Positions 18,733-27,172 of a DNA stretch of 64,000 nt are shown in pieces. This stretch comes from Pedobacter glucosidilyticus (GTDB lineage: Bacteria; Bacteroidota; Bacteroidia; Sphingobacteriales; Sphingobacteriaceae), in NCBI RefSeq assembly GCF_002483235.1, contig NZ_DLHN01000026.1, forward strand, positions 113,197-177,196, in the 5' to 3' direction. The notes under the pieces are model-generated. The model saw only the letters and a list, made by a program, of their open reading frames with translations. It was not told the origin of the DNA and made no database searches. A program made the position numbers and the translations under genes. Within the stretch, counting starts at the first letter, position 1. Every line of letters begins with the position of its first letter.

Positions 18733-20385
18733 ATGAGACAACGTATTTTAAAAGTTCATCCAAATGATAATGTCATTGTTGCTTTAACTGATATTAAAGC
18801 AGGCGAACAATTAACCTACCAAAATGAAAACTATACCGTTTTAGACGATGTACAGGCTAAACATAAATTTCTAACCACTGATTTAAAAGCGGGTGAAGAA
18901 GTCATCATGTATGGCGTTTTGGTTGGTAAAGCACAAAGCGATTTAAAAAGAGGGAATGTTATCACTACATCAAATCTTAAACACGCTGCTTTAGGTTTTG
19001 AAACCGGAGAGCGTAAAACAGATTGGGTTAAGCCCGATGTTTCTGCATGGCAAAATCGTACTTTCATGGGTTTCCACCGCGAAGATGGTAGCGTAGGTAC
19101 AGCAAATTATTGGTTGGTTATCCCGATGGTTTTTTGTGAGAATAGAAACATAGATGTACTGCAAGAAACCTTAACCGGGAGTTTAGGTTACAAAAGAAAA
19201 AACAACTATCAGTCTCAAGCAGAGCAACTGATAGCCCTTTATAAAAGCGGTGCAAAAACCGAAGAACTTTTACAGGCCGAAGTTTTTGTAGAAGAAAGTC
19301 ATCAGAAAACAGAACGTGTTTTCCCTAACGTTGATGGTATTAAATTCTTAAAACATGAAGGTGGTTGTGGCGGTATCAGACAAGATGCTGAAACCTTATG
19401 TGGTCTTTTAGCAGGATACATTACGCACCCAAATTGTGCTGGTGCAACAGTTTTAAGTTTGGGATGCCAAAACGCTCAAGTTTCTATTTTACAGGCAGAA
19501 ATTGCTAAGAGAGACGTTAATTTCTCTAAACCTTTATACATTTTAGAGCAACAAAAAATTGGTACAGAGGCTGATATGCTTTCATGGGCTATCAAACAAA
19601 CCTTAGCAGGTTTAGCTAAAGCAAACGAGTGTACACGTCAACCAGCTCCGCTAAGTAAAATTACCATTGGTTTAGAGTGTGGTGGTTCTGATGGTTTCTC
19701 GGGTATTTCTGCAAATCCGGCTATAGGTTATACTTCTGATTTGTTAGTTGCTTTGGGCGGAACTGTTATTTTAGCAGAGTTTCCTGAGCTTTGCGGGGTA
19801 GAGCAAAATATCAGCGATAGATGCACTTCTGTAGAACAAGCAGAACGCTTTAACCAATTGATGCGTACTTATGAGAAAAGAGTTGTTGAAGCTGGGTCTG
19901 GTTTTGATATGAACCCATCTCCAGGAAATATTAAAGATGGCTTAATTACAGATGCTATAAAATCTGCCGGAGCGGCAAAAAAAGGTGGTACATCACCGGT
20001 AGTAGAGGTTTTAGATTATCCTGAAAAGGTTACCAAACCGGGTTTAAATCTACTTTGTACGCCAGGTAATGATGTAGAAAGTACAACAGCCGAGGTTGGC
20101 TCTGGAGCTAATGTGGTTTTATTTACTACAGGTTTAGGTACTCCAACAGGCAACCCAATTGTACCCGTTGTTAAATTATCAAGCAATACTACCTTATATA
20201 ACCGTATGAGCGATATTATCGATATCAATACAGGTACTGTTATAGAAGGTGAAGAAACTATTGAAGAGGCAGGAGCGAGAATTTTAGACTATGTTATTGC
20301 AGTAGCTAGTGGCGAGATTGAGGTTTGCGCTGTAAAACACGGTCAGGATGATTTTATCCCTTGGAAACGAGGTGTTTCTTTATAG
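18733..20385 (+). CDS. uxaA: Altronate dehydratase
   Basis: N-terminal SAF-like domain (HPNDNVIVAL…KFLTTDLKAGEEV) and a UxaA-family C-terminal domain (GGCGG, ECGGSDGFSGISANP). 2-nt spacing from uxaB. Confidence 0.9.
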   Translation: MRQRILKVHPNDNVIVALTDIKAGEQLTYQNENYTVLDDVQAKHKFLTTDLKAGEEVIMYGVLVGKAQSDLKRGNVITTSNLKHAALGFETGERKTDWVKPDVSAWQNRTFMGFHREDGSVGTANYWLVIPMVFCENRNIDVLQETLTGSLGYKRKNNYQSQAEQLIALYKSGAKTEELLQAEVFVEESHQKTERVFPNVDGIKFLKHEGGCGGIRQDAETLCGLLAGYITHPNCAGATVLSLGCQNAQVSILQAEIAKRDVNFSKPLYILEQQKIGTEADMLSWAIKQTLAGLAKANECTRQPAPLSKITIGLECGGSDGFSGISANPAIGYTSDLLVALGGTVILAEFPELCGVEQNISDRCTSVEQAERFNQLMRTYEKRVVEAGSGFDMNPSPGNIKDGLITDAIKSAGAAKKGGTSPVVEVLDYPEKVTKPGLNLLCTPGNDVESTTAEVGSGANVVLFTTGLGTPTGNPIVPVVKLSSNTTLYNRMSDIIDINTGTVIEGEETIEEAGARILDYVIAVASGEIEVCAVKHGQDDFIPWKRGVSL

Positions 20386-20407
20386 AAATTATAATTAAAT
20401 AGAGAGG

Positions 20408-20441
20408 GAAGCCGGTTATGCACATGCATTCCGGCTTTTTT
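20408..20441 (+). terminator. Terminator after uxaA (convergent with tsaC)
   Basis: Stem AAGCCGG / CCGGCTT with a 15-nt loop, followed by TTTTTG. It sits between convergent gene ends. Confidence 0.6.
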
Positions 20442-20443
20442 GA

Positions 20444-21397
20444 TTATAATTTTGTAGCCCGGTTTAACCTATCATTTATGGTGATGCCTAAGTTTATATC
20501 CGGGAATTTTTCTACGATAATGACATCAAGTTCCTGCTGGTCTAAAATATGCATGGCTTTGTATAGATTCCTGGCAGCTTCTTTCATATCTCCATTTATA
20601 GATAATACTTCCTGATGCACAATATCTTTACCTATTGCTTTGTCTTTAAACATCATCACACCAATTCTTTTGCCTTCAAATTCTTTAAGTGATTTGGAAA
20701 TATCCTCTGTTAAATAAGTTCTTGTTTTAGGGGCATAATGCTTAGAAAGCATCCCTGGCGCTTGTGGATTGGCATTATTTAGGGTTTTGGTTTTAACAGG
20801 ACCTATTAAAGCCTCTATATCTTCTATAGCCAAAGAACCATGGCGGTAAAGAATAGGCTCATCGTTTTCAAAACCAATAATGGTAGATTCTATCCCTTTC
20901 TGGCAAGGGCCACCATCTAAAATAACAGGTAAAGTATCGTGAAAATAATTGTAAACATGCTGCGCTGTAGACGGGCTGATACAACCAAAAGGATTAGCAC
21001 TTGGTGCCGCTAATGGGAAATCTAATTCTTTTAATAAAGCCAAGGTTAAAGCATGGTCTGGCATCCGCACAGCAACAGTATCTTTACCTGCGGTAACCAT
21101 ATCTGGTACAATAGCTTGTTTTTTTAAAACCAGTGTTAATGGGCCAGGCCAAAAATGCTGCGCTAATGTTAATGCTAAAGGAGGTATATCTCTGGCAACT
21201 TTGCTTAAAAAATCTATTGAAGAAATATGAACAATTAAGGGATTATAATGTGGCCTTTGCTTTAAATCAAATATTTTCTTTACAGCAGTATCACTAAAAG
21301 CATTTCCGGCCAAACCGTAAACCGTTTCGGTAGGGATAGCAATTAAATCATCATTTTCAAGCGCCTCTTTTGCTTTGCTTATGTCTGTTGTTAGCAT
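20444..21397 (-). CDS. tsaC: L-threonylcarbamoyladenylate synthase (long YrdC+Sua5 form)
   Basis: 'IAIPTETVYGLAGNA', 'PLIVH' and 'SANPFG' motifs plus a C-terminal Sua5 domain. The track ORF begins at a TTG (21409); the first ATG is at 21397. Confidence 0.9.
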   Translation of the reverse strand: MLTTDISKAKEALENDDLIAIPTETVYGLAGNAFSDTAVKKIFDLKQRPHYNPLIVHISSIDFLSKVARDIPPLALTLAQHFWPGPLTLVLKKQAIVPDMVTAGKDTVAVRMPDHALTLALLKELDFPLAAPSANPFGCISPSTAQHVYNYFHDTLPVILDGGPCQKGIESTIIGFENDEPILYRHGSLAIEDIEALIGPVKTKTLNNANPQAPGMLSKHYAPKTRTYLTEDISKSLKEFEGKRIGVMMFKDKAIGKDIVHQEVLSINGDMKEAARNLYKAMHILDQQELDVIIVEKFPDINLGITINDRLNRATKL

Positions 21398-21480
21398 CTG
21401 CCAGCTCAATTAAAACGCAAAAATGATGATTTAATATGATTTATCCTTATTATTTGTGTGGATATCGTTCTAGGAATGAT

Positions 21481-22263
21481 TTATGGTTGTCCGCCTTCCC
21501 ACAATCTTACGTTTCTCCATTTGGTTTGCATATTGGTAACCCCATCAAACTCTCCATCTTGCTCTCTTCCATATACTCCAAATTTCATATAATTCATAAA
21601 TTCCTTGCCCTCTTTTAAAGTTTCGCCATCTTTAAATCTAAATTTTTCTACGCCATCCACATAAACAATTACGGCATCGCCAACATCTTCCTGTAAATGG
21701 ATCACATTTATCCTTACTTCTTTATTGTTGATGTTAGTTGCAATTACTTTATTACCAGATGAAGGCATTTTGGTATCAAACGTAACTTCTAAAGAGCCAC
21801 CTTTGCGGTTTCCAAAACCTCTGATTTGCATTTGTGTAGCCCCTTCTGCGCTACCAAAAAGTTGGAAAACTGCTTGTTTATCTAGTTTATCATTCATGGT
21901 AATATAACCTTCAAATTGTCTTGAACCTGTTCTGTAATTATCATGAATTCTTATCTCAGATCTGTTTCCGGGAAATTTAACTAGCGTAAAAGTATGTGTG
22001 TTTAAAGCTGGGTTCCAATGGTAATGCGTAGTAACATCAGCAGATAATGAGGATAGTTCTTTACCATCTTTATCTGCAAAAGCGGCGGTTCTAGGCCAGC
22101 TAAAAGGGGTATTATCTCCTGATGGTTTTTTGAAATTTTCTAATTGTATTTTAAATCGTCCTTCTTCTCTTTTGGTAACTTCCGTCCAGTTTTTACCAAT
22201 TTGAGCATAAGCATATAAATTGCCAAAGCTTAATGTTACTAAAAATAAAAGTGTTTTTTTCAT
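21481..22263 (-). CDS. Secreted beta-jelly-roll protein with PL7-like motif pattern (putative polysaccharide lyase; paralog of 43632..44273)
   Basis: Signal peptide. The ordered motifs 'RSEIRI', 'FQLFG' and 'YMKFGVYG' resemble the PL7 blocks R-x-E-x-R, Q-x-H (the His is absent) and YFKAGxY. The function is unverified. Confidence 0.45.
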   Translation of the reverse strand: MKKTLLFLVTLSFGNLYAYAQIGKNWTEVTKREEGRFKIQLENFKKPSGDNTPFSWPRTAAFADKDGKELSSLSADVTTHYHWNPALNTHTFTLVKFPGNRSEIRIHDNYRTGSRQFEGYITMNDKLDKQAVFQLFGSAEGATQMQIRGFGNRKGGSLEVTFDTKMPSSGNKVIATNINNKEVRINVIHLQEDVGDAVIVYVDGVEKFRFKDGETLKEGKEFMNYMKFGVYGREQDGEFDGVTNMQTKWRNVRLWEGGQP

Positions 22264-22282
22264 AATTGTTGTACAATGAACA

Positions 22283-22303
22283 AAAAGCCCATAAAGGGCT
22301 TTT
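22283..22303 (-). terminator. Hairpin/terminator candidate downstream of the AraC-family gene
   Basis: On the - strand: AAAAGCCC-TTTAT-GGGCTTTT followed by TGTT. It lies 44 nt after the stop codon. Confidence 0.45.
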
Positions 22304-22346
22304 GTACGTTTTATAAGTTAATAATTTGATGTAGGGTATGCAGTAC

Positions 22347-23240
22347 TTAGTTTTTTTGCAAAACATTAAAACTGGTTTGGTTAAATTCTTTCTTATAGCT
22401 TAAAGGGCTAAGACCTGTTATTTGCTTAAAATACTTGTGGAAGCTTGCAAAATTGTTAAACCCACTTTCATAACACAATTCTTTTATAGATAGGTTATTT
22501 TCCATTAATAATTTACAAGCCTGTCCAACCTTTACCTCCAATAAAAACTGCGAATAAGTTTTTCTTGTTCTTGATTTAAAATATCGGCAAAAAGAATTTG
22601 GACTGATATGAGCTATTTCTGCTATTTCCTCTAATTGTATTTTCTTGCGGAAATTGGCTAGTGTGTACTCATATATTAAAGTCATCCTATCATTTTCATG
22701 CTCTTCAAGTTCATTATGATAACCAATAGAAGATAAAGTGCTAATTTGTTGAGATTGAGCTATGGTCAGCAAGGTTTCCATTAAAATCATGATTCTTTCT
22801 GGACCTTCTGTATAGAGTAGCTTTTCTAAACATTCTGCTACTTTAACCCTGGTTTTACCTTTAATTTGGATACCTCTCTTAGCTTTCTCAAATAAAGTTC
22901 GGAAGATTTTATTCTCAGGTAGATTTAAAAAAGCTTCGCCCCAAAAATTCTCATTAAAATGTACCACTCTTGACTCTGCCGTTAGTTTTGGGCTTTCATG
23001 TGAATACAAGTCATCATATCTCCAATAATGTGGTAAATTAGAGCCTACAAGCACTATATCTCCCGGGCCAAATCTTTTAATGCTGTCGCCAATAAACTGA
23101 GTTCCTTTACCCGCTCTAAAATGAATAAGTTCTAATTCTGGATGATAATGCCATCTGTTGTTGATGTTTGGGACTAAGTCTTGCCTCACACTAAAAGAAT
23201 GTACAGGACCAGAGGTCACTTTTAAAAGTTGTGGTTTCAT
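22347..23240 (-). CDS. AraC-family transcriptional regulator (cupin sensor + HTH)
   Basis: N-terminal cupin-like domain (WHYHPELELIHF). The C-terminal double HTH is typical of AraC/XylS (…LEEIAEIAHISPNSFCRYFK…ESGFNNFASFHKYFKQITG). The track ORF starts at a TTG (23264); the ATG at 23240 gives 'MKPQLLKV…'. Confidence 0.9.
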   Translation of the reverse strand: MKPQLLKVTSGPVHSFSVRQDLVPNINNRWHYHPELELIHFRAGKGTQFIGDSIKRFGPGDIVLVGSNLPHYWRYDDLYSHESPKLTAESRVVHFNENFWGEAFLNLPENKIFRTLFEKAKRGIQIKGKTRVKVAECLEKLLYTEGPERIMILMETLLTIAQSQQISTLSSIGYHNELEEHENDRMTLIYEYTLANFRKKIQLEEIAEIAHISPNSFCRYFKSRTRKTYSQFLLEVKVGQACKLLMENNLSIKELCYESGFNNFASFHKYFKQITGLSPLSYKKEFNQTSFNVLQKN

Positions 23241-23676
23241 TGGTTTAATTTTTGGTTGATACAATTATAAATCAACACAAGGCCCTAAACAATGCCTTTA
23301 AAACCTGTTACGTAGGTATGTATTCTTTAAAGTTAATATAGATTTACTTTTTAATAATTACATTAATAATATATTTATATGGATGTTTTATAATAATATT
23401 TAATTCTTTTTAAGATATAATTTTTCATATATATCATCGTAATCGATTTCGTAAAAACTATATAGTTTTACCCATATTTTTAATCGTTTTCTTTTGCTTC
23501 ATCACGTTTAATGAAGCCATATTGCCAATAGTACTGCATAAATTGCTAATTAGGCATAACCTAATGTTTACTTTAAAAGGTAGCTTTGTTATTCATCCTA
23601 AATTATATAAAGTCTAAATTTCATCAAGAAGGTACAACAGATATTTATCTGCTTGCCTCAAACAGAGAGTTAAGTT
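23241..23676. promoter_or_regulatory. Divergent AT-rich control region between the AraC-family gene and the PQQ-dehydrogenase-led array
   Basis: 436-bp non-coding gap between divergent starts. No specific operator was identified. Confidence 0.35.
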
Positions 23677-24969
23677 ATGAAGCGCCATATATTTTTCATC
23701 ATCCAGATTACAAGTTTTATAATCTTTTCATCCTTTAAGAGTGAACATCCTAAACCAGTAAAGTCAATTAAAGTATTGCCAGATCAGAACAACGCGGGCT
23801 TAACATTGCCTAAAGGTTTTGGTGCTTTAGTTGTTGCAGAAAATTTAGGTAAAGCCAGACATTTAACCGTTACCCCAAAAGGTGATATTTATGTAAAACT
23901 AAGCAAGGTTTTAAACGAAAAAACCATTTATCATTTAAAAGATAATAATGGCGATGGTAAAATTGATGAGCAAATCGGTTTTGGAGATTATGTAGGAACT
24001 GGAATTTTTTTGAAGAATGATTATTTGTATGCCAGTTCAGATGCAGAGGTTTTCAGATACAAGCTTAATCAAAATTATGAGGTTATAGCACCAGATAAGC
24101 CAGAAAAACTGGTAACAGGTTTAATCAATCAAAGACAGCATAATACTAAATCCATTGTTTTAGATAATGATAACAATATCTATGTAAACATCGGCTCACC
24201 ATCAAACTCTTGCCAATACCAAAATAGGGCAAAAGGCTCAATGGGGATTCCAAATTGCCCTATCTTGGATTCTGCCGGTGGAATATGGCAATTTAAAGCC
24301 GACAAACTAAATCAATCTTACAAAGAAGGTGTAAGGTATGCCACGGGTTTACGTAATGTAATGGGTTTAGATTGGAATCCTGAAAACAATACGCTATTTG
24401 TAATGCAGCATGGCAGAGATAACTTAAGCAGTATTTTTCCTGAACTTTATGATGATAAAGCAAATGCCGAGTTGCCTGCTGAATGTATGTTTATGATTAA
24501 GAAAGGCGATCATGCTGGTTGGCCTTACAGTTATTATGATCCTATCCAAAAAAAGAAAATACTAGCGCCAGAATATGGTGGTGATGGTAAAAAAGAAGCC
24601 GATCCTTCTTTTATAGATCCTGTAGTAGCTTTTCCTGCGCATCTTGCCCCTAATGCACTGCTGTTTTACACCGGTAATCAGTTTCCTGAAAGGTATAAAA
24701 ACGGAGCTTTTGTAGCTTTTCATGGCTCTTGGAACCGAGCTCCTTTAAAGCAGGAAGGTTTTTTTGTGGCTTTTGTGCCTTTTAAAAATGGAAAACCTGC
24801 CGGCGATTGGGAAATTTTCGCCAATGGTTTTGCCGGAACACCAGAAGTAATGTCTAGCAGTCAGGCAAAATACCGCCCCTGCGGATTGGCGCAAGGGCCA
24901 GACGGGTCATTATATGTAAGTGAAGACAAAAAAGGAACAATTTTTAGAATTATATATGACGGTAAATAA
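23677..24969 (+). CDS. PQQ-dependent (soluble glucose/sorbosone dehydrogenase-like) sugar dehydrogenase, beta-propeller
   Basis: Signal peptide. Motifs typical of the sGDH/sorbosone-DH family: GLRNVMGLDWNP, LFVMQHGRDNL, GDHAGWPY, SLYVSEDKKGTIFRI. Confidence 0.8.
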   Translation: MKRHIFFIIQITSFIIFSSFKSEHPKPVKSIKVLPDQNNAGLTLPKGFGALVVAENLGKARHLTVTPKGDIYVKLSKVLNEKTIYHLKDNNGDGKIDEQIGFGDYVGTGIFLKNDYLYASSDAEVFRYKLNQNYEVIAPDKPEKLVTGLINQRQHNTKSIVLDNDNNIYVNIGSPSNSCQYQNRAKGSMGIPNCPILDSAGGIWQFKADKLNQSYKEGVRYATGLRNVMGLDWNPENNTLFVMQHGRDNLSSIFPELYDDKANAELPAECMFMIKKGDHAGWPYSYYDPIQKKKILAPEYGGDGKKEADPSFIDPVVAFPAHLAPNALLFYTGNQFPERYKNGAFVAFHGSWNRAPLKQEGFFVAFVPFKNGKPAGDWEIFANGFAGTPEVMSSSQAKYRPCGLAQGPDGSLYVSEDKKGTIFRIIYDGK

Positions 24970-25426
24970 GTTAATAGCCAGTGTAATACTGGTTTTGGTA
25001 ATGTCAGTTTCGGTTTTTTCACAAACTAAGCCTAAAGTACCAGTTAAGAAGGCGGTAACTAAAGCAGTTCCGGTAGCATCTGGTGTGCAAAACGCTATCA
25101 ATAACGGAAAAGTAGTTTATACGCAATATTGTGCGGTTTGCCATCAAGCCGATGGTTTAGGTGTATCAGGTTTAAACCCACCTTTAAGTAAAACAGTTTA
25201 TGTTTTAGGAGACCAAACCAGGCTCATAAATATCGTACTAAAAGGTTTAAGTGAAGGTGTAGAGATTGATGGAGAAACTTATGCTAATGTAATGCCTGCT
25301 ATGGCTTTTTTAACCGATCAACAAGTTGCAGATGTACTCACTTATGTGAGAAACAGCTTTCAAAATAAAGCAAGTGCCATTACTGCAGCTCAGGTAAAAA
25401 CTGTTAGAGCAGCTGGTAAAAAATAA
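24956..25426 (+). CDS. Class I c-type cytochrome, secreted
   Basis: Heme motif CAVCH (nt 25130-25144) and a downstream 'NVMPAM' Met ligand region. Signal peptide 'MTVNKLIASVILVLVMSVSVFSQ'. This ATG overlaps the dehydrogenase stop by 14 nt; the track start at 24920 was rejected. Confidence 0.85.
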   Translation: MTVNKLIASVILVLVMSVSVFSQTKPKVPVKKAVTKAVPVASGVQNAINNGKVVYTQYCAVCHQADGLGVSGLNPPLSKTVYVLGDQTRLINIVLKGLSEGVEIDGETYANVMPAMAFLTDQQVADVLTYVRNSFQNKASAITAAQVKTVRAAGKK

Positions 25427-25440
25427 TTTAGTTAAACTAT

Positions 25441-27135
25441 ATGGAAACAGTATTATTTGTTAAAATTCTCCGGAATTACAAGCTATGGTTTGTTTTTACG
25501 CTTTTTGTTTTAGCATTAGCTTGTAAAAAGAAAGAAGTAGCTAAGAAAGAAGAACCTACTCCACCACCATTGGAAGAGCCTCCGGTAACTCCGCCACCCA
25601 CGCCACCGGCAAACAATACTGCTTTAGTATATACTGATGTTAGTGGTAAACTAGCATATAATACTTTTGCAAACCAGGGCGAAATCGATAAAATTAATAC
25701 AGTACCAGATTTTTCTAATGCGGGTTACAAAGGCGGAGGTGTTGCTATTCCTACAGCTCCAGTGGTAAGAACTTTGTCTCCCCAACTTGGTGATAATAGA
25801 GCCAGAATTCAGCAAGTGATAAGTGAAGTTGAAGCTTTACCAGTAGATGCAAATGGTTTTAGAGGGGCTATTTTACTAAATGCGGGTACTTATGATGTTG
25901 CAGATTCTTTAGTAATAAGAGCCAGTGGGGTTGTATTAAGAGGCGTTGGACAAGGCGCATCTGGTACAATTTTAAGAGCAACTAAGAGATTGATTGGTAG
26001 TACCCTGATAAGGGTGCAAGGAAGTGGTTCTAATTTGGGTGAGGTAACAAGCTCTAGAAGATTAATTTCTGATAGTTATGTTCCTACAGGTGCTAAATCA
26101 TTTAATTTAGAAAATACCAATGGCTTAACGGTTGGTAGTAGAGTTTTGGTTACCAGAACCCCTAACCAAGCATGGATAGATTTGTTAGAAATGACACAAT
26201 ATGGATGGACACCAAGTAGATATGTGATGTCTTATGAACGTGTTATAACCGCTATAAGCGGAAATAATATCACCATAAATGCACCCATTGTAGACCCTAT
26301 ACAAACCCGTTATGGTGGTGGTAGAGTTGGTATACATTCCGTTTCTGGTAGAATTCAAAATTCTGGTGTGGAAAATATGCGTTTAGTTTCTGTTTTTGAA
26401 AACGATAACGACGAGCAACATGCCTGGTACGGAGTAAAACTTCTTAGAGCAGAAAACTGTTGGGTTAAAGATGTTACAGCACAATATTTTGGCTATGCTT
26501 GTGTATCTATTGAAGAGAGCTCTGTATATAACACAGTTCAAGATTGTGCTATGCTTGATCCTAAATCTCAAACAATAGGAGGGAGAAAATACTCTTTTAA
26601 CATAGCAGGAACCTCACCTTTTAATCTATTTCAACGTTGTTTTTCAAGAGGTGGAAGACACTGTTATGTTACAGGCTCTACCGTACCTGGGCCAAACGTA
26701 TTCTTAGATTGTGTTGCAGTAGAAACCACATCAGACATTGGGCCGCACCATAGATGGAGTACAGGATTATTATTTGATAATGTTTTTGGAGGTCAAATAA
26801 GGGTACAAAATAGAGGTGCAAGTGGCTCTGGCCATGGTTGGGCAGGTGCGCAAACCATGTTTTGGAATTGCAGATCAACCCGGGTAGATATCATGGTACA
26901 AAGTCCGGCAGCAGCTAGAAATTGGGGTGTTGGTAATATTGCCCTAACTTTTGCAGGTAATGGTTATTTTGAAAGTAACAATATCCATGTACAGCCCAGA
27001 AGTTTGTATCTTACCCAGTTAAAAGATAGGTTAGGCGATGCCGCTGTAAATAATGTCACTATTCCAGCACAAAGAATGGGCAGTATATCATCTCAGCTAC
27101 AAACTTGGGCGGGCGAAGGGCCATTTAACCCATAA
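25441..27135 (+). CDS. Lipoprotein with Pro-rich linker and right-handed beta-helix-like domain, unknown function (paralog of 34821..36332)
   Basis: Lipobox 'LALAC' followed by the linker PTPPPLEEPPVTPPPTPP. Shares the blocks PDFSNAGY, RGAILLNAGTY, GVVLRG, YGGG, QYFGYACVS, GGRKYSFN, GPNVF, SDIGPHHRW, GSGHGWAGAQTMFWNC and QPRSLYLTQL with the 34821 gene. Confidence 0.7.
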   Translation: METVLFVKILRNYKLWFVFTLFVLALACKKKEVAKKEEPTPPPLEEPPVTPPPTPPANNTALVYTDVSGKLAYNTFANQGEIDKINTVPDFSNAGYKGGGVAIPTAPVVRTLSPQLGDNRARIQQVISEVEALPVDANGFRGAILLNAGTYDVADSLVIRASGVVLRGVGQGASGTILRATKRLIGSTLIRVQGSGSNLGEVTSSRRLISDSYVPTGAKSFNLENTNGLTVGSRVLVTRTPNQAWIDLLEMTQYGWTPSRYVMSYERVITAISGNNITINAPIVDPIQTRYGGGRVGIHSVSGRIQNSGVENMRLVSVFENDNDEQHAWYGVKLLRAENCWVKDVTAQYFGYACVSIEESSVYNTVQDCAMLDPKSQTIGGRKYSFNIAGTSPFNLFQRCFSRGGRHCYVTGSTVPGPNVFLDCVAVETTSDIGPHHRWSTGLLFDNVFGGQIRVQNRGASGSGHGWAGAQTMFWNCRSTRVDIMVQSPAAARNWGVGNIALTFAGNGYFESNNIHVQPRSLYLTQLKDRLGDAAVNNVTIPAQRMGSISSQLQTWAGEGPFNP

Positions 27136-27172
27136 CTTTTATTAATCATTAATTAAACTAAAATCGTACGCT

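Noticed and set aside
20418-21618. Plus-strand ORFs 20418..20615 and 21436..21618
   Set aside because: They overlap the 3' ends of the minus-strand tsaC and jelly-roll genes. The first also runs through the uxaA terminator hairpin. Neither has a motif.
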